Below are positions 40,562 through 55,700 of a stretch of DNA of 64,000 bases, piece after piece. Under the pieces are notes generated by a model. That model was not told the origin of the DNA. It saw nothing but the letters and a program-made list of their open reading frames with translations, and ran no database searches. Both the position numbers and the translations under genes were made by a program. This DNA is from Octopus vulgaris. Taxonomy: Eukaryota. The stretch spans positions 77,376,001 to 77,440,000 of the forward strand of contig OX597817.1 of NCBI GenBank assembly GCA_951406725.2. The letters run 5' to 3'. Each line of letters opens with the position of its first letter. The first letter of the stretch is position 1.

Positions 40562-40893
40562 ATATGTATTATCTATGTATGTGTTGGCATTAGGAAGGGC
40601 ATCCAGCTGTAGAAACCATGCCACAACTGATAATTTGAGTCTGGACAATTTCCGGCTAGCTACCTCCATGTCAAACTGTTCAGCCCATACCAGGATGGAA
40701 GGCAGACGTTAAACACTGACAATGATATATATATGCAATGGGCTTCTTTCAGTTTCCGTTTCCAAATTTGCTCACAAGGCTTTAGGTTAGGGTTAGGCTA
40801 TAGAAGAAGACACTTGTCCTAAGTGTTACACAGTGGGACCAAACCCAAAATTATGTGGTTGGGAAACAAGCTTCTCATCACACAGCCATGTCT
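40233..40893 (-). mobile_element. SINE A with an RTE tail fragment (~40583-40725, plus strand) in its internal microsatellite
   Basis: A tail at 40233-40450, RTE-type AGGAAGGGCATCCAGCTGTAG, A head at 40735-40893. Confidence 0.8.
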
Positions 40894-40905
40894 GTGTGTT
40901 ATATA

Positions 40906-40939
<34 letters not shown>

Positions 40940-41480
40940 ACATACATATATCTAATTTATCTATAGAAACATATACCTACACATGCATGTATATGTATTG
41001 GTGAAAATTTATGATTGCAAACACACAGTGGGACTGAGCCCGGAACCATGTGGTTGGTAAGCAAGCTACTTACCACACTGCCACTCCTACACCTTGTGTT
41101 CTTCAAGAACTCTAAGAAATATTCTTGAAATTTGAGAAAACTTGTCACCAAACCTCAAGCTAACATCCTTGCTAATTAAATTACCATATGGTAGCTTTTG
41201 AATAGTAAAAATTGTAATTCTTTGTAATTTTGGGACAAAGCCAGCACATTTTGAGGAGAGGCAGAAATCAGGTACATCAACTCCAGTATTTGACAAGTAC
41301 TTATTTTACTGACCCCAGAAAGGATAAAAGACAAAGTTGACTCCAGCAAGATTTGAACTCAAAATGCAATGAACTGGAAGAAATGTTGCTCTGTATTTTG
41401 TCCAATGCACTAACAATTGTGCTATCTCACTGCCATCATCATCATCATCATCATCATCATAATAATAATAATAATAATAA

Positions 41481-41690
41481 TCCTTTCTCCTGAAGGCACA
41501 AGGCCTTGAAATTTGGGGGGAGGGGACTTGTCAGTTACATCAACCCCAGTGTTTCACTGGTACTTAATTTATCCACCCCGACAGGATGAAAGGCAAAGTT
41601 GACCTCGGTGGGATTTGAACTGAGAACATAAAGACAGATGAAATGTCGCTAAGCATTTTGCCCAGCATGCTAATGATTCTGCCACCTTGC
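41481..41690 (-). mobile_element. SINE family B, tail type 2, ending in (ATT)n
   Basis: Reverse-complement copy, CpG-decayed. Confidence 0.85.
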
Positions 41691-42237
41691 TATCATCATC
41701 ATTTAACGTCCATTTTCCATGTTGGCATGGGTTGAACAGTTTGACAGGAGAGGCGTCTGGGCTTCAATTATCTGAGTAAGTATGGTTCCTACAGTTTAAT
41801 GCACTTCCTAGCACCAACCACTTTACAGAGAGCACTAGGTGTTTTTTACAAGGCACCAGCATGGTGCATGTGTACATAATGCATATAAATTCATACACTA
41901 ATAAAACACACACAGATACACACACACACGTCTGTGTATGTATGTACATATATATATATATATATATAAATACTTGTACATATACACACATACACATTAA
42001 GGGGGTGATTCGAAAGTCCCTAAACAGTGTTCTGAATAAATGTGTATATATAAAGTCAACTTTATAGACGTGGTATGTGGCAATCATTTATTCTGGAGTA
42101 AAGGAAATAACAAACAGACAATACAAACAAAACAAAGTAATATGTCATCCTAAATCTTTCCTTATTTTTTTAATTTTGTAAAACATTCAGTTAGGTTGGA
42201 GTCGGACATCCTAGTTTTTTTCAGCAGGGAACTGAAG

Positions 42238-42259
42238 GATAGGTAAATAGATAGATAGG

Positions 42260-42348
<89 letters not shown>

Positions 42349-42350
42349 AG
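42238..42350. repeat. (AGAT)n then (AG)n
   Basis: Directly visible. Confidence 0.95.
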
Positions 42351-43103
42351 TAAGACTGTGGGAGTGAGAGAAAGAGACAGTGGGAGAGATAAAGGGAGAA
42401 TGGATAAAGAAAAACAAAGCCAACAAAAAGGAAAAAAAAAAAGAAAAATGTGATAAAATGAGAGAGAGGAAAGAAAAAAGAAATTATAATTAGAAAGTTC
42501 TACATAAGTTTGTTGACACAACAAAGTTATTCTGAGAATACAAGGGGATAAAAAAATTCGGAGAAAAGAGTGAAAAACCTTGGAGGGTGAAGCAAAGAAA
42601 ATTAAAAGATATGGAAATAAGAAACATTATAATCAAAGTTAATCCCCAACTTTTATATTTTTCATTTTTTTGTTTAATCCAAAATACACCACCAGTCCTG
42701 GTCCTCACGGCACCAAACCACCGCAAGAGATACCATAACACTAACCACACACACACATATATACTGACATACACGTCCTTATTTCATTATTATCATTGCC
42801 AGCGTGGTATGGAGCCCTATCGCATAACTGTTACAGCACCATACATGGTAGTAAGTAATTAAAGACAAATAAACCAATGCTATAAAATGAATTGAAAACA
42901 AAAAGTCATACATATAAGTGTGTGTGTGTGTGTGTGTGTGTGTGTATCTATATTTAAATATGTATAAATGTATGTATATATTTCTCAAGTTCCTTTGGTA
43001 CTACTTCATTCAACAGTAATCACTGTGTTATAAGCAGGCATAAACATTATCAAACCTTGGCCTTGATAACTATTTCTGCTATTTCTACTACCATCATTTT
43101 TAC

Positions 43104-43151
<48 letters not shown>

Positions 43152-43303
43152 CATTATTATTATCATTATCATTATTATTATCATTATTATTATTATTATT
43201 AATATTATTATTATTATAATTATTACTGTTATTATTATTATTTCGATCATCATCATTATTATTATTGTTGTTGTTGTTGTTGTTGTTATTATTATCATTA
43301 TCA
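43104..43303. repeat. (ATT)n/(ATC)n/(GTT)n
   Basis: Directly visible. Confidence 0.95.
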
Positions 43304-43595
43304 TCTGGCAGAATTATTAGAGCATCAGAAAAAAATAAATGCCTCGTGGCCTTTGTTCCAGATCTGAGTTCAAGTATTGCTGAGGTCGACTTTGTCTTTC
43401 ATCATTTCATGGTTGATTAAATAAAGTGACAGTCAAGCACTGGGTTTGATGTAATCAACTAGGCCCTTCCCTCAACATTTCAGGCTTTGTGCTTATTTTA
43501 GAAAGAACTGTTACTATTAAAAAGGTAGTGAATTGGTGGAATCTTTAGTCTTTTGGACAAACTGCTAAGCAGCATTTCTCCTGGCTTTGTACATC

Positions 43596-44472
43596 TTGGG
43601 CCTCATGGAGGCAGTGACAGGTGGCCAAGACTTTTGGTGGTACACCGTACTTGTGCAGACCTGTCAAACCAAGTGAGACCGTAGTCATGGCCGTTGTTGG
43701 TATCAGGTCAATGACACCCATGTCGGTGGCATGTAAAAAGCACCCATTACACTCTGGGAATGGTTGGTGTTAGAAAGGGCATCCAGCTGTAGAAACCTTG
43801 CCAAATCAGATCAGAACCTGGTGCAGTTCCTCGGTTTACCAGTTTTTCAGTCAAACCATCCAACCCATGCCAGCATGGAAAATGGACATTAAATGATGAT
43901 GATGATGATGATGTTCAAATGTTGCCAAATTCAACTTTGCCTTCAGGGTCAATAAAATAAGTACCAGTTGAGTACTGGGGTCGATTTAATCAACTCACCC
44001 ACTACCTTGAAATTGCTAGGGAAGTGCTACCTCTTCGTGAATTTGTGAAAGCGAAGACCCATCAAGCCAAGTGAAACCATAATATGGTTGAAGCTAGTGT
44101 GACATAACAGTCACTCATGCCAGTAATACGTAAAAAACATACTTCAAACGTTGGGCCTCACAGAAGTAAGGATAAATGACTGAGACCTTTGGCAATATGC
44201 TGTGCTTGAGTAAACCAGTCAAGCCGAGTGAAAGCATAGTTGTGGCTGATGCTAGTGTCACATAACTAGCACCTGTGCAAGTAGCATGTAAAAAAACACC
44301 CATTACACTCTTGGAGTGGTTGGCATTGGGAAAGACATCCAGACATAAAAACCATGCCAAATCAAACTTGAACATGGTACAGCTCTCCAGCTTACCAGTT
44401 CCAGTCAAACTGTCTAACCCATGCCAGCATGGAAAGCAGATGTGAAACAATGAGGATGATGATGATGATGAT
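43596..44472 (+). mobile_element. Tandem RTE LINE 3' ends (43596-43912, ~44053-44140, 44149-44472)
   Basis: ORF end LGL.EA.T...W.Y.V...T.Q.K*, 3' UTR and (GAT)n tails. Confidence 0.82.
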
Positions 44473-44727
44473 GTGTGACAGTAGTAAAATTGGTTAGAGT
44501 GAATGGCCCTACCCTTCACATGCAATTGTAGATTGGAGAGCAGGAGAGAGGGCTTGTATTTTTGATGGTCAGGCTTATCCTGGATCTGCGGTGCTCCTTG
44601 CCTGGCCCTAGTATCACATGCATTGTTATACTATATATATATATATGTAGGGATTTACATAAATCCTTACACAAATTGTCTGTCTTTGTGATGTCCCCCT
44701 CGTCTTTACCCCTTTGGCATACAGAAA

Positions 44728-44928
44728 AATGGCAGAACTGTTAGAAACCGAGACGAAAAGCTTAGCGGTATTTCATTTATCTCTATGTTCTGAGTTTAAA
44801 TTCCACTGAGGTCATATTTGCTTTCTTTCATTACAGGGTTCTGTGAAATAAGTACCAGTGAAACACTGGGGTCAGCATAATCAACTAACCCCGTCTCACA
44901 AAATTTCAGGCCCTATGCCTATAGTAGA

Positions 44929-44986
<58 letters not shown>

Positions 44987-45102
44987 GTTCTGGGTTCAAT
45001 CCCTCTGTGTGGCACCTTGGGCAAGTGTCTTCTACTATAGCCTCGGGCTGACCAAAGCCTTGTCAGTGGATTTGATAGACAGAAACTGAAAGAAGCCTGT
45101 CC

Positions 45103-45147
<45 letters not shown>

Positions 45148-45335
45148 TTGTGTGTCTGTGTTTGATCCCCCAGTATCGCTTGACAACCGATGCTGGTGTG
45201 TTTATGTCCCCATCATTTAGTTCGGCAAGAGAGACCGATAGAATCAGTACTAGGCTTACAAAGAATAAGTCCTGGGTTCAATTTGCTCGACTAAAGGCGG
45301 TGTTCCAGCATGGCCGCAGTCAAATGACTGAAGCC
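44728..45335 (+). mobile_element. SINE B (44728-44935), (ATT)n, then 5'-truncated SINE A (44987-45335)
   Basis: Modules recognisable in order. Confidence 0.85.
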
Positions 45336-45417
45336 AAATATAAGAACAGTGTTCTGGTTCTTTACATGCTGAGTTCAAGTCATGCTAGGTCATCAATATA
45401 CCTGTAATTAACTTTAC

Positions 45418-46186
45418 CTGGTCATTTTGCCAAAGGTTATATCAATGTTGGTTTTATTAGTATGTAATGTTGTTTGTGGTGTGGTGATAGTGATGGTGAT
45501 GGAAGTGGCGCCGGTGAGGTGGCGTTGGTAGTGGTTGTGGTAGTGATGGTCGTATTGGTTGTCAGCATTGTCAGCGTTGGTGGTGGTGAGGGTAGTGATG
45601 GAGGTGGTAGTGGTAGTGGGGTGGTGGTGGTAGTGGTAATGGGGTGGTGGTGGTAGTGGTAGTAGTGATGGTGGTGGCGGCGGCAGCGGTGGTGGTGGTG
45701 GGAGTGAGGTTAGTGATGGTGAAAGTGTTGGTGGTTGTGGAGGTAGTGGTGAAGGTAGTGATGATGGTGGTGGTGGTGGTGCTGGTGGTGGTGGTGGTGG
45801 TGGTGGAGGTGGTAGCGATGTAGATGATGTATGCTACAGTGATTGCGTTAGCACAGTGGATTTATTAGTATGGGTGATAGCATTAGTGTTACAGATGGTG
45901 GTGGTTAGGTGTAAAGACAGTTAGGTCAGGTCACACTCGTTGAGCTTAAAGATGGATTTAGACATGGAATAACAATGTAAATAATTGGTATCATTCAGGG
46001 TTTGACGACCTTCCTTTGAAAATCAATCAATTCAGGCAAAGTACTTTGATTGTGGTTGATTAACGCCGTAGGGCAAACGCTTCCATCATTGCCAGATTCA
46101 TGGAGAATGTTTTGGTAGATGGGTGAATAGATTGCAGTGTATTTGTATGCTTCTGTGTGTGCGTGTGTGTATGTTTTTGTTTGTGC

Positions 46187-46227
<41 letters not shown>

Positions 46228-46559
46228 TGCGGTTCTGAAAGAAACAGGTGGAAGTTGTTGAGAGAAAGAGGAAGAGGAGAAAATAGAAGAAGAAGGAGAA
46301 GGCAAGGAGGAGGAAGAAGGAGGAGGAAGGAGATGAAGGAGGAGGAGAAGAAGAAGAAGAGGGAGGATGAGGCAGAGGAGGAGGAGGAGGAGCAAAGAAT
46401 AAGAAGAAGAAGAAGAGGGAGGAGGAGGTGGAGGAGGAGGAGTAAAAAATAAGAATAAGAAGACAAAAGGAGGATGAGGAGAAGAAGAAGAAGAAGAAGA
46501 AGACGGGAAAGAGGATGAGACTGAGGTGGTGGGACTAGTTGTAGAGGATGAAGTGGAGG
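45418..46559 (-). other. Candidate 1142-nt low-complexity exon
   Basis: Acceptor TTCTTTTTATTAACTTTGCCATTCTTTCAG|CCTCC at 46560/46559; donor CCAG|GTAAAG at 45418/45417; no SINE inside. Confidence 0.45.
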
Positions 46560-47754
46560 CTGAAAGAATGGCAAAGTTAATAAAAAGAATCACAAATGGG
46601 AATAAAAAATACTCAAAAGAGTGATTTACTGAAATAGCTAAAGGTTTCCAATCAATTCCAGATAAATAACTCCCCACCAAAATTCTTGTTTGGTCAAGTC
46701 TTTAGGGATTGCTGACTAATGGTCTGCTATAGCATTACGTACAATGGAAATACTGGCTGGACTATGATCTCACAAGGCCAGAAGAGTAGGGTTTCTCTTT
46801 TACCAGTCTAAGCAATGGTCTCTGGATCAGCCTGTCTTTTTGACCCAAGGGCCAGCCTGTCTTTTTGAGGAGTACAAGGGAATACATTTTGAAACATGTG
46901 TCCTTCCTTTTCTCATTTATCCTTTCTTCCCTTGCTCTACCCCTTACATACTCTCTCCCTCTGTGAGATCTACACTGTTACTCCCTAAACTACCACCCTT
47001 TTACCACTGTTAATTTGTTACCCTCAATATACTTTATCCTCTAATCCTCTCACCAAAGACATCATCACCCTTTCTTTATTTTCCTTTTGGTTTTGTAAGT
47101 ACTTTATGCTCTTTGGGTTTTGCAAAATGTAAGGTCACCTCACTAGTGCTGGTGCCATAACAAAAAGCAGCCAGTACCCTCTGTAAAGTGGCTGGTGTTA
47201 GGAAGGTTATCCAGCTGTAGAAATCATACCAAAACAGAGACATTGGAGCATGACATGGTCCTTCACCTCATTGGATCTGCCAAATCCTAAAAGACCAACC
47301 ATTGATTAAATAGAGATTAACAATGGAAGGATCACAATTTTAGAAGCAAGCTGAGTTTCTGCCAATCAACCACCTTGAGATTGGAGCTTTATTTTATCAA
47401 CTCTGAAAGGACAAAATGCAAAGTTGACCTTAATGGAATTTGAACTCAGAGCAAAGTGAATCACAATAAATATTGTGTAACATTTTTCTCTGACACTCTA
47501 ACAGATGTTACTTCTGACTGAACACTCTTACTTCTTTATTAACTACTCATATCTCATATCGTAATACAAACATGGTAAAAAAAAAATGCAATAAAATAAA
47601 CAATAACAAAAGAAAAACACAGTAAAAGCATAAGATGAAAAAATAAATTATATAAAAAAAGATGCAGATAAACAAATATAAACTAAATAGAATCTTCTCA
47701 TGAGCTAATTAAAGAAAATTTTCTTGAAATTGAATATTTTTTATCTCAGCTTCC

Positions 47755-47797
<43 letters not shown>

Positions 47798-48540
47798 CAT
47801 TATTAGTAGTATTATTATCATCATCATTCGCTATTATTATTTTGTTTTATTGTATTTATTTACTTATTTTTTGGCCTTATTTCATTTCTTCATTCTTGTT
47901 ATATTTCACATCCTTATTTCATTATTTCCTTTTACTTTTCACTATTATTATTATTATTATTATTTCTATCATCATCGTCGTCGTCGTCGTCGTCCTCCTC
48001 CTCCTCCTCCTCATCATCATCATCATCATTGTTGTCTTCTTTCCCACTGTCATCATTATAATTTGTATTTTTATCCCTTTCTGCATATTTTTTAAGCCAT
48101 TTTTTCTTATTCATCCTTTTTTTTTAATTCTTTTATTTATGTTGTCATTTATATATTTTATTATTTTATTTATTTTATTTTTTTTTAAACATTTTAAATT
48201 TTTAAATCTTTTTTATTTCTGTATTTTTCATCTAAATGCTAAAAGCCTATTATAGACTTGAAAATTTCACCGAAATTCACAAGTAAACTTGGTACTTTGG
48301 TGCCAAGTTGAATTAATACATTTTAATTAGTTAAAGGACAGATGCTTCTAGTCCAGAACAGTGAAAATGCTTTCCTCAAGGCATTCAAATGATAAAGTTT
48401 GAAATATTTCAGAATCTGAAGAAATTCAAAAGGCTGTTTCGTCCATTTATAAGATTTAACACTGCAAATATAATTGCATATATGTTTATATGTATGCATG
48501 TGAAAGTGTTTGTGTGTGTATGCATGTATAACTATATCTA

Positions 48541-48586
<46 letters not shown>

Positions 48587-48639
48587 TACACACACATATC
48601 TATATATATATACATACATAAATACATAAATACATACAT

Positions 48640-48696
<57 letters not shown>

Positions 48697-48982
48697 TATG
48701 TATGTATGTATGTCTATACTGACATACTACTAGGAAGTGAAATAGACTCATTAGCCTTGAGTTCAAATCTGCAACATGCACTTAGTTCATTCAATTATGA
48801 ATCTTTGCAAGGGATTTAATTCTCTATATTTCCTGTCAAGACTAAGATACCATATTTTTCAGGAATGGTAATCTGCAATAAATTTGTGTCTCTTCCAAAG
48901 GGACATGAGTTCTGTTCTCCAATTAAAATTACAGCAATCTCCCATTTTTTTGTAATCTGATATATATATATATATATATATA

Positions 48983-49083
<101 letters not shown>

Positions 49084-49089
49084 CACAAA

Positions 49090-49433
49090 TAAAACTTAGA
49101 TATGTTTCAACCAAAGATTGGTCTAGGCCATGTCTAACTTAATAGGACCACATGATAGGATTATCTAAATCCTTTTTAAGTCAAGTTTTGTGGTACCATG
49201 GTCCATTCAAGTAGTGAGTTCTTGTTGAGTGAGTTGTATCCAGGTGTGGGTGGCTTATCTTGTATTCCTTGAAGAAATCTCTCCAGACTCCGTTTGAAGG
49301 TGATGGCATCCTTTTCCTCTTTGATCAGTTTTGGGATGATGTTAAACAGAGCAGGGCCTGTTGAGGAAAAGAAATTGCATCGCAATTTCTTTTGTGTGTA
49401 GCTATATGTTGGGATCCTGAAGTTGGCCTTCAT
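49090..49433 (-). mobile_element. 3' end of a CR1/L2-group LINE
   Basis: ORF 49176-49433 NFFSSTGPALFNIIPKLIKEEKDAITFKRSLERFLQGIQDKPPTPGY...NSL matches the typical ORF2 C-terminus; lies between TA tracts. Confidence 0.75.
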
Positions 49434-49443
49434 ATTTTATATA

Positions 49444-49526
<83 letters not shown>

Positions 49527-50456
49527 TCATCATCATTCAATGTCTGCTGTCCATGCTGGCAAGCTGGACAGCTGCATCAGACTCCAGTCTGGTTTGATAT
49601 GGTTACTACAGCTGAATGCCCTTCCTAACACCAACCACTTTACAGAGTGACCAGGTAGTTTTATGTGGGACCATACGAGCCAACTGAAGTCTTGTGATTG
49701 AATTTAGTTGGTGGAAGTTTCCATCATGTGTGCATGTGTGTGCAAGTGCTTGTGCCTCCTAATAGAGATTAGGGGATATATGTATGTATATATATACATG
49801 TGTGTGTGTGTGTGTGCATGCATATATACATATATGCAAATATATATATACATATGCATATGTATATATATATATATCCACACATACACACACACATGCA
49901 CAAACAACACATACACACATCTCAATATGTACATATATGTGCATATATTTATATATTCATTGTGTTCAGCCACTGTCTTGTAGGTTGTTACACAGAATTT
50001 TCATGACTTTATATATTTCCTCAAGTAATGAAATTTTCTTCTCTAATGAAATCTTATTAACGAAAGCCAAGATGTTGCCAAAACATAACCATTCCATAGG
50101 TTAACCTAGGTCAAAATTGTTATATGAAAAAAATTTTATAGTAAGGGCACAAATTCCTTACTTGGAAAACAAAAAAAAAAAAAAACAGGAAGAACAAAAT
50201 AATTCACAGTAGGAAAAAAATTTGATCATTTGCAGAAATGAAAGTTTGACGAAACTCCGAGTAACAATGTAAATTAATTAGATTACTTGCATGAACAGTT
50301 GCTTCATTTACTCACACATGCACACATATACATCAGGATCATTTCATTTACATGAATACAATTTTGAAAGATATGTAAATTCTGTTATTCATTTGTATAC
50401 TATTATCCGAAAAATTCTGCATTACAAGATAACTACAAGAAGAAACACACGCATGT

Positions 50457-50489
<33 letters not shown>

Positions 50490-51077
50490 ATCATAATAAT
50501 AAGATGTGTACATATGTTTCTACCTGTACATGTAAACCATGCAGGTAACTTTTCTAATTACAAAGACAAAGACGTGATTTGTTATATACAGAATTTTAGA
50601 AGAAGTATAATATAAGATATAAATTGTTCAGAACCTGGTAAAATTCATTTGGCGAGAAATAATCTGTTCTCAAATTACTATAATTCATTTACTTCTTTCA
50701 TTATTCATAGTTCAAGCTTTTTCGAATGGGTATTATGTAAAGATTAATTGTTACTTGTATGCATAACTGAATTGGAAATATGTATGAAACTAGTATTGTT
50801 TAGATTAAATCAAAATGTGTTCAAATTTTTGCACTAAATACATAAATTTTATACATACGAAATAATGGTTATATGATAAATATATCCACAAATATATTAT
50901 CTATTTAGGCATATACATGTAAGTAGGTATGTATATATATCTGTATATGAACTTACTTGGAAATATATATGAGTATGTTTGTGAAAATCTATATATTGTA
51001 AACATAAATGAATGTGTGTACATATATACATGTATATATATACAAAAATATATACACATATATACATACATATATAC

Positions 51078-51129
<52 letters not shown>

Positions 51130-51353
51130 CACACATCTATATATATATATATATATATACACCCACATATATATATATATATATATATACATATACATAC
51201 TTACATTCATACCTACTTGCAAGGGCATGTATTTAAGAGAAAATTCAGATGAGAAAATCTTTTAATGCTAAATTTATTATTGTAATTAGATTTAAATTCT
51301 CAAAAATGGCAAGGTTGGTAGGAATAGAATTAAAATTTAATGTGTATACTTAC

Positions 51354-51423
51354 CACAGTGAAATTCTCAGCGCTGTAAGGACATGAATTTTGCGTTCAGA
51401 CAGAAGAACAATTTACAGTACAC
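51354..51423 (-). other. Candidate 70-nt internal exon, stop codons in all three frames
   Basis: TTTAACTCTGCTTACTTTTTCAG|GTGTACTG...TTTCACTGTG|GTAAGTA: consensus acceptor and donor. Confidence 0.65.
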
Positions 51424-51644
51424 CTGAAAAAGTAAGCAGAGTTAAACGAAATTTAATAAATATGCCATCAGCCTTTTTTTCATTGTCTTACTAGAATGAA
51501 ATATCATAAAATGGAAAAAGAAGTAGATTTTAAATATTTATTATCTTTTATCTGTTTTTTTTTTTGTTTTTTACTGGTTTCCACCAAAGGATGAGACCAT
51601 GCTGGAGCACTGCCTCTCAGTGCGTTTGTGCATCTTTTCTGTAT

Positions 51645-52058
51645 TGTTTCTGATAAGCGTACACCAGGCACATGCATCACAACCATATGTACACGACATG
51701 GTTGTCTCATATCAAGCTAAACAGCACATGACCTTGGTGGCGGACCCCAATTAGAATTTTCTTCAAATTAAGTAGCCCATCCTGCTTAAAAGGTCTCTGA
51801 ATATGGGTTGTTTAAGAATGGCTATGATGCTCTCCAACAACTTCTGCTCATGATCAGAGATGCACATTTCGTCAGCCACTAAGGGACAGGCTCAACTGGT
51901 TAAGTTCAAACAAGTGACAAGAAAAAATCTGTGGTATTGAGCAGAATATTCGCTGTAGCCCGTCTTTTATACCAAGACAAAACAATGTACATGATAACAC
52001 TTCCGATCAGTTAAGATCAGAAGCCATAAGAGCCACTGCCTGGTACTGCATCAGGGCT

Positions 52059-52060
<2 letters not shown>
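51645..52060 (+). mobile_element. Unclassified retroelement-like 3' end abutting (CAT)n/(ATT)n
   Basis: More GC-rich block ending GGTACTGCATCAGGGC directly before a triplet tract; family recognised from memory only. Confidence 0.4.
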
Positions 52061-52110
<50 letters not shown>

Positions 52111-52714
52111 CCATCATCATTATCATTACTATCATTATCATTATTATTAGTATTATCATTATTATTATTTCATATGTAATATTGATTCGTATGTGAATTC
52201 ATAGACTCTACAATTTTCTTTTTCTTTTACCATCCTTAATTTTTAACTTTAATAAAAATATTTATGTTTTATGACAATAGAATTTAAAAATCACTAAAAC
52301 AGATAAATAAATATTTGAAGATGAAAATGAAATTGAAATTTTCTTTCAGTCTGTTCGTCAACTAAAACATATATTTGCTGGTGGGCTTGTAAAAAAAATC
52401 AAAGAAATACAAATGCCTTCTTCAAATTATATAATGTTAAAATAAAGAAACAATATTTCCCTCGTTAATTTATTGATTGGTATAAATAACATTTTTTTTC
52501 TCCCAAACTGTTTTGTATTTATTTTTCCATGTAAGCATGCATAGGATGGTTTATGATTATGTCGAGATTTTTCATTGTTGGAGAATATGTATGTATGCAT
52601 GAGTTCATGTGTGTGTCTGTCAGTATGTGTGTATGTGTGTGTGTGTATCTATATCTATCTACGTATATATATACATATATATGTCTGTTTGCCTGTCTGT
52701 ATGTATGTATGCCT

Positions 52715-53398
<684 letters not shown>

Positions 53399-54299
53399 GT
53401 TATTCATTTCAGTATTGTAGTTTTAGACAATGCAGCTCTGTATACTATATTACTTCACTTCATCTGTTTTGGATCATCTATAGGAACCAGATGATCTTGG
53501 ATCATTACCTCCATCTAATCTGTTTATAGACTGGAGACCTTTCAATGTTTAAAATAAAATGGATTCTGCAAAAGGCACCAAAGAACCAAACGATGGTGGG
53601 GAACCAAATACAAATTCTGTCTACAACCCAACAAAAAGAGCAGTCGGATGACCTTTCACACAAGTTCCAGTTTTAATAGAAATTCGTCTTAAACAATGGG
53701 TTCAAAACTTGAATTATGTAATTTCAAAATGAACCTCTTTATTACATGGCCATGTATAGAATTAGAAAAATTCTTCAGACCTGTGAAGCAAAAAGTCAAA
53801 TACAACCACAGATGTTTAACACATGAACAAATTAATAACAACGATGATGGCAATATCAACAATGACGACGATGATGATGATGATGTTAACGGCAATGACG
53901 ATGATGATCATCATCATGATTATCATCATCATGTGTAAATGGTTATGGCAATAGATTTCGTTGGTGACAATTCAAAAAACAAACAAACAAAAAAAAACAA
54001 CAACAAAAAAATGTCTTGGCTCCTGTTTCCTCATTCAACATCCATAATTTATATAGCAGATCACCAAATAAATAATTTCTACTACCATTTAAAAAACAAA
54101 ACAAAACAAAAAAAAAACAAATCAAATCGATGCAGAAAGAAAGTAAAAAAAAAAAAGTAAACAGTCTTAAAAATTAAAGACGAAAAAGCAATCAAAATGA
54201 ATTACATTTCCAGATTATTTTCAACTGCTCATTCTATTTCTTTGGACTTTATTATTATTATTATTGTTGTTGCTATTGGTATCATTATTATCATTATTA

Positions 54300-54348
<49 letters not shown>

Positions 54349-54499
54349 CTAGAATGTTTTTTTTTTACCAATTCTATTCCATCGTGTATGCTCTTTCCAT
54401 AGCTGCCAATAGAATTGAAGTACCAACTAAACATTATAGGATTAGAGTTGTCACCTGATGCCCTCTAGTTCAAAGCAACAAACATGGATCATGATAATG

Positions 54500-54565
<66 letters not shown>

Positions 54566-55215
54566 CAAAAAAATAAATAAATAAAAAGAAAATCCGAAAT
54601 GCTTTGTTGTGTTTGTTTGTTTGTTTATGCTTTTTTTAAAAATATTTTTATTTTTTTTACACAGGATTGTGTGGTTGAAATCAAAACTCATCCTACTTCA
54701 GAAAAAGAAGGCAAGAAATAAACAAATAAAAAGAAAAACATATACACTTATCAATATATATATATATATATGTATGTGTATGTGTGTATGTGTGTATGTG
54801 TTTGTGTATGTATGAATAAGGCTTTTTTTAAACACATTATCAAAGGAATGCAGTCATATATAATTACATACACACACACATGTATGTATGTATAATTATT
54901 CATATTTTACATTTATAAATGCATATACAAACTTCATATCCATGCACACACACACACACACAAATGAACAAATTTCTAAACAGCTAACCCATACCACTTC
55001 CTTTTTTTCTTCATATTCTAAAGAACAATGCTCAAGTGGAACTACCATCGGTGGCCCTAAACTAAGAAACTGTGTACCACCAATTACTAGTGCTCAATCA
55101 CAATACCTTGTCATTTGCAGAGAGTTGTGATAGCAATGAAGTCAAGTATTCTCAGAAATGAATTCAAAGTAGAAATCTGAAGGTATTTGTGTGTGCATAA
55201 ATGTGTGTGAATATA

Positions 55216-55369
<154 letters not shown>

Positions 55370-55397
55370 CACACACACACATATACATATATGTATA

Positions 55398-55700
55398 TCA
55401 TCATCATCATCATCATTATCATCATCAGTTAATGTCCGTTTTTCATGCTCTCATAGGTTGTGAAGCTTGGTAGGAGCTGGTAAGCCAGAGGACAGTACTG
55501 AGCTCCACTCTCTAGTTTGGCATGGTTTTTACAGCTGGATGCCAACCATATTACAGAGTGGACTAAGGCGTTTTTCATGTGGTACCAGCACTAGTAAGGT
55601 ATGTTCTGACATGGTTTTTGCCACTGGATACCCTTGCTAATGCCAACCACTTTACAGAGAGAACTGAGTGCTTTTTACATGGCACCATCACCAGCTAGGT
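55398..55700 (-). mobile_element. RTE 3' UTR fragments with internal duplication
   Basis: (CAT)n, then ACAGCTGGATGCC and a second CTGGATACCCTTGCTAATGCCAACC unit. Confidence 0.7.

Noticed and set aside
40781-40797. Telomeric TTAGGG (also CCCTAA at ~23322-23333)
   Set aside because: Only two or three units, embedded in a SINE or MITE.
55107-55176. Second 70-nt minus-strand exon (CCTTCAG|...AAG|GTATTG)
   Set aside because: Poor polypyrimidine tract next to a microsatellite; likely chance in AT-rich DNA.
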